From: an uncultured Candidatus Saccharibacteria bacterium
GTDB taxonomy: Bacteria; Patescibacteriota; Dojkabacteria; J137
Assembly: GCA_964607415.1 (NCBI GenBank)
Contig: CAZSKK010000001.1
Location: 333,469 to 397,468 of the forward strand
Length of the DNA stretch: 64,000 nt
Direction of reading: 5' to 3'
The position numbers were made by a program, and so were the translations under genes. The notes beneath the pieces are model-generated. The model was not told the DNA's origin, ran no database searches, and saw only the letters and a program-made list of their open reading frames with translations. Below are positions 62,583 through 64,000 of this stretch, piece by piece. The first letter of the stretch is position 1. The number at the start of each line of letters is the position of its first letter.

Positions 62583-64000
62583 TTACCTCCCTAATAATTC
62601 GTAATAGAAATCTTCACCGTCAATTGGCTTAGATTTCATTAATTTTAATTTTTTATTTTCTATCTTATAAGCTTGTTCTATATTTAAATCTTGCATTAAG
62701 TCAATGTCATGAGATATCAATAATATTGCTCCAGGAAAATTATTTAAAGAGTCTGTAATAATCTCTAGTGTCTCTATATCCAGATTGTTAGTCGGTTCAT
62801 CAAGAATTAATATGCTCACAGGTGAGCTAGTAATCATAGCAAATGATAACCTTGCTGTTTCGCCACCACTTAAAGTTCCAGCAAGCTTTTCAACATCCTC
62901 TGTTTGATAGAACAGTACATTTCCAAGATACCTCCTTGCCTCTTCGTAGGTTAGCAAGGGATTCGCTTTTTGCATATTTTCAATCAAAGATAAACTGGGA
63001 TCAACTATGTCGTATTTTTGACTCATATAAAGAATAGAAGCATTCTCATTTCTCCTAACTTCACCATCAACCTCAGCGCCACTACTTAAGCCTTGAATAG
63101 TTTTAACTAAAGTTGTTTTACCACTACCGTTAGGCCCAGTTATTGCAATGCGGTCACCGTACTTTACAGAAAGATTTATATTAGATATTAATGTAGTATT
63201 TCCAACTGACACCTCAACATTTTCAAGATTGATAATATTTCTCTTGCCAGCCTCAGGTTGAATTTCCAAATAAGCTTTTTTCGTTTTCCTAGTTTTTAGT
63301 TCCTCTACCTTAGTAGTTGCATCATCTATTTTCTTTGTTGCGGCACTCCCTTTTTTTCCTGCAGACTGTGATGCTTTTTCTGCAAACCATCCTTTTTCAT
63401 AAGCTGACATACTTCTGTCCGTTCTTGCTTTCTTCCCTTCCTTATTAGATCTCGCTGCTCTTTTTTCTTCAGCTTGCTTAGCTCTTCTTGCCTTTCTTAG
63501 CTCTTTTTGTGCAGCCTCTAAATCTCTTTCTCTACCGAGTGAAATAGCTTCTTTCTGTAAATCATAGTCAGTATAATTCCCTCCAAATCTTTTAATTGTT
63601 TTTTCATCTAGTTCCCAAACTTTATTTACTACTAAATCTAAAAAGAATCTGTTATGAGAAATAATTACAAAGCCACCTTCAAAATCCTCAAGAAATTCTC
63701 TTAAAATCTCAATTGATTCTATGTCTAAATGATTTGTAGGCTCATCTAGCAAAAGAATATCAGGTTTTTTTGCCAATGCTATTGCAAGATTCATTTTTAC
63801 AAGTTCTCCTCCGCTTAAAGAACTAATTGGCCTATCTAAATCCACAATAGTAAGTTTAAATTTCTGCTCCAAAATTTCTGTCACTTCCCACCATTCTTCG
63901 TGTTGAGCTTGAATTAGTTCATAGATTGGTTGATTGATTGCTACCTGATCAAAATTTAATTGGGATACAGTTGCAGATATGCCTTTAAATTTAACATCAC
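62583..64000 (-). CDS. ABC-F family ATPase (tandem ABC domains), N-terminally truncated by the window edge
   Basis: The frame stays open to position 64000 (...FKGISATVSQLNFDQVAINQPIYELIQAQHEEWWEVTEILEQ...). The first signature is LSGGELVKMNLA, followed by a charged linker. The second Walker A is GPNGSGKTT, the second signature is LSGGETARLSFA, and Walker B is ILILDEPTNNLD. Confidence 0.8.
   Translation of the reverse strand, partial: DVKFKGISATVSQLNFDQVAINQPIYELIQAQHEEWWEVTEILEQKFKLTIVDLDRPISSLSGGELVKMNLAIALAKKPDILLLDEPTNHLDIESIEILREFLEDFEGGFVIISHNRFFLDLVVNKVWELDEKTIKRFGGNYTDYDLQKEAISLGRERDLEAAQKELRKARRAKQAEEKRAARSNKEGKKARTDRSMSAYEKGWFAEKASQSAGKKGSAATKKIDDATTKVEELKTRKTKKAYLEIQPEAGKRNIINLENVEVSVGNTTLISNINLSVKYGDRIAITGPNGSGKTTLVKTIQGLSSGAEVDGEVRRNENASILYMSQKYDIVDPSLSLIENMQKANPLLTYEEARRYLGNVLFYQTEDVEKLAGTLSGGETARLSFAMITSSPVSILILDEPTNNLDIETLEIITDSLNNFPGAILLISHDIDLMQDLNIEQAYKIENKKLKLMKSKPIDGEDFYYELLGR

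Noticed and set aside
1-64000. Alternative genetic code (UGA recoding, as in Gracilibacteria or Mollicutes) suggested by the very low GC
   Set aside because: Long conserved genes (dnaE at 1195 aa, the permease at 1057 aa, mutS, dnaK) are uninterrupted under the standard code, and the track ORFs end at conventional stops.
1-64000. CRISPR arrays, rRNA genes and insertion sequences with transposases
   Set aside because: No regularly spaced direct repeats, no rRNA-like conserved stretches and no transposase or integrase ORFs were seen. The only repeats are the short GC-rich mosaic elements described above.

Overview
This 64 kb window is a low-GC (roughly 30%) bacterial chromosomal segment read with the standard genetic code. 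Long uninterrupted reading frames show no UGA recoding. It is densely packed with housekeeping genes on both strands. These include a partial pnp, cca, def, radA, a phosphoketolase, a malic enzyme, dnaE, a RelA/SpoT-family gene, dcd, an HrcA-regulated hrcA-grpE-orf-dnaK operon with two CIRCE-like operators, mutS, proS behind a T-box-like leader, two ABC export systems (a GldA/GldFG-like one and a MacB/FtsX-like one), an asnS / tRNA-Asn / aspS cluster, a GAF histidine-kinase operon, a NUDIX hydrolase and a partial ABC-F ATPase. The most unusual items are as follows. (1) An archaeal-type AspRS carries a C-terminal YbaK/ProX-like deacylase domain and sits next to tRNA-Asn and asnS. (2) A family of GC-rich, partly palindromic mosaic repeats is scattered through this AT-rich DNA. 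Two copies appear to be inserted in-frame inside cca and radA, and others sit between convergent genes like bidirectional terminators. (3) A T-box-like leader precedes proS. (4) An unknown gene is embedded in the heat-shock operon between grpE and dnaK. (5) A membrane-anchored Cys/Gly-rich tandem-repeat protein ends in an LPATA-type sorting-signal-like C-terminus. (6) A ThyX-like gene with a large insertion lies next to dcd. (7) A conserved AT-rich operator-like motif is shared by two promoters of secreted-protein genes. All calls come from reading the translated ORFs and the DNA by eye; no database search was run.
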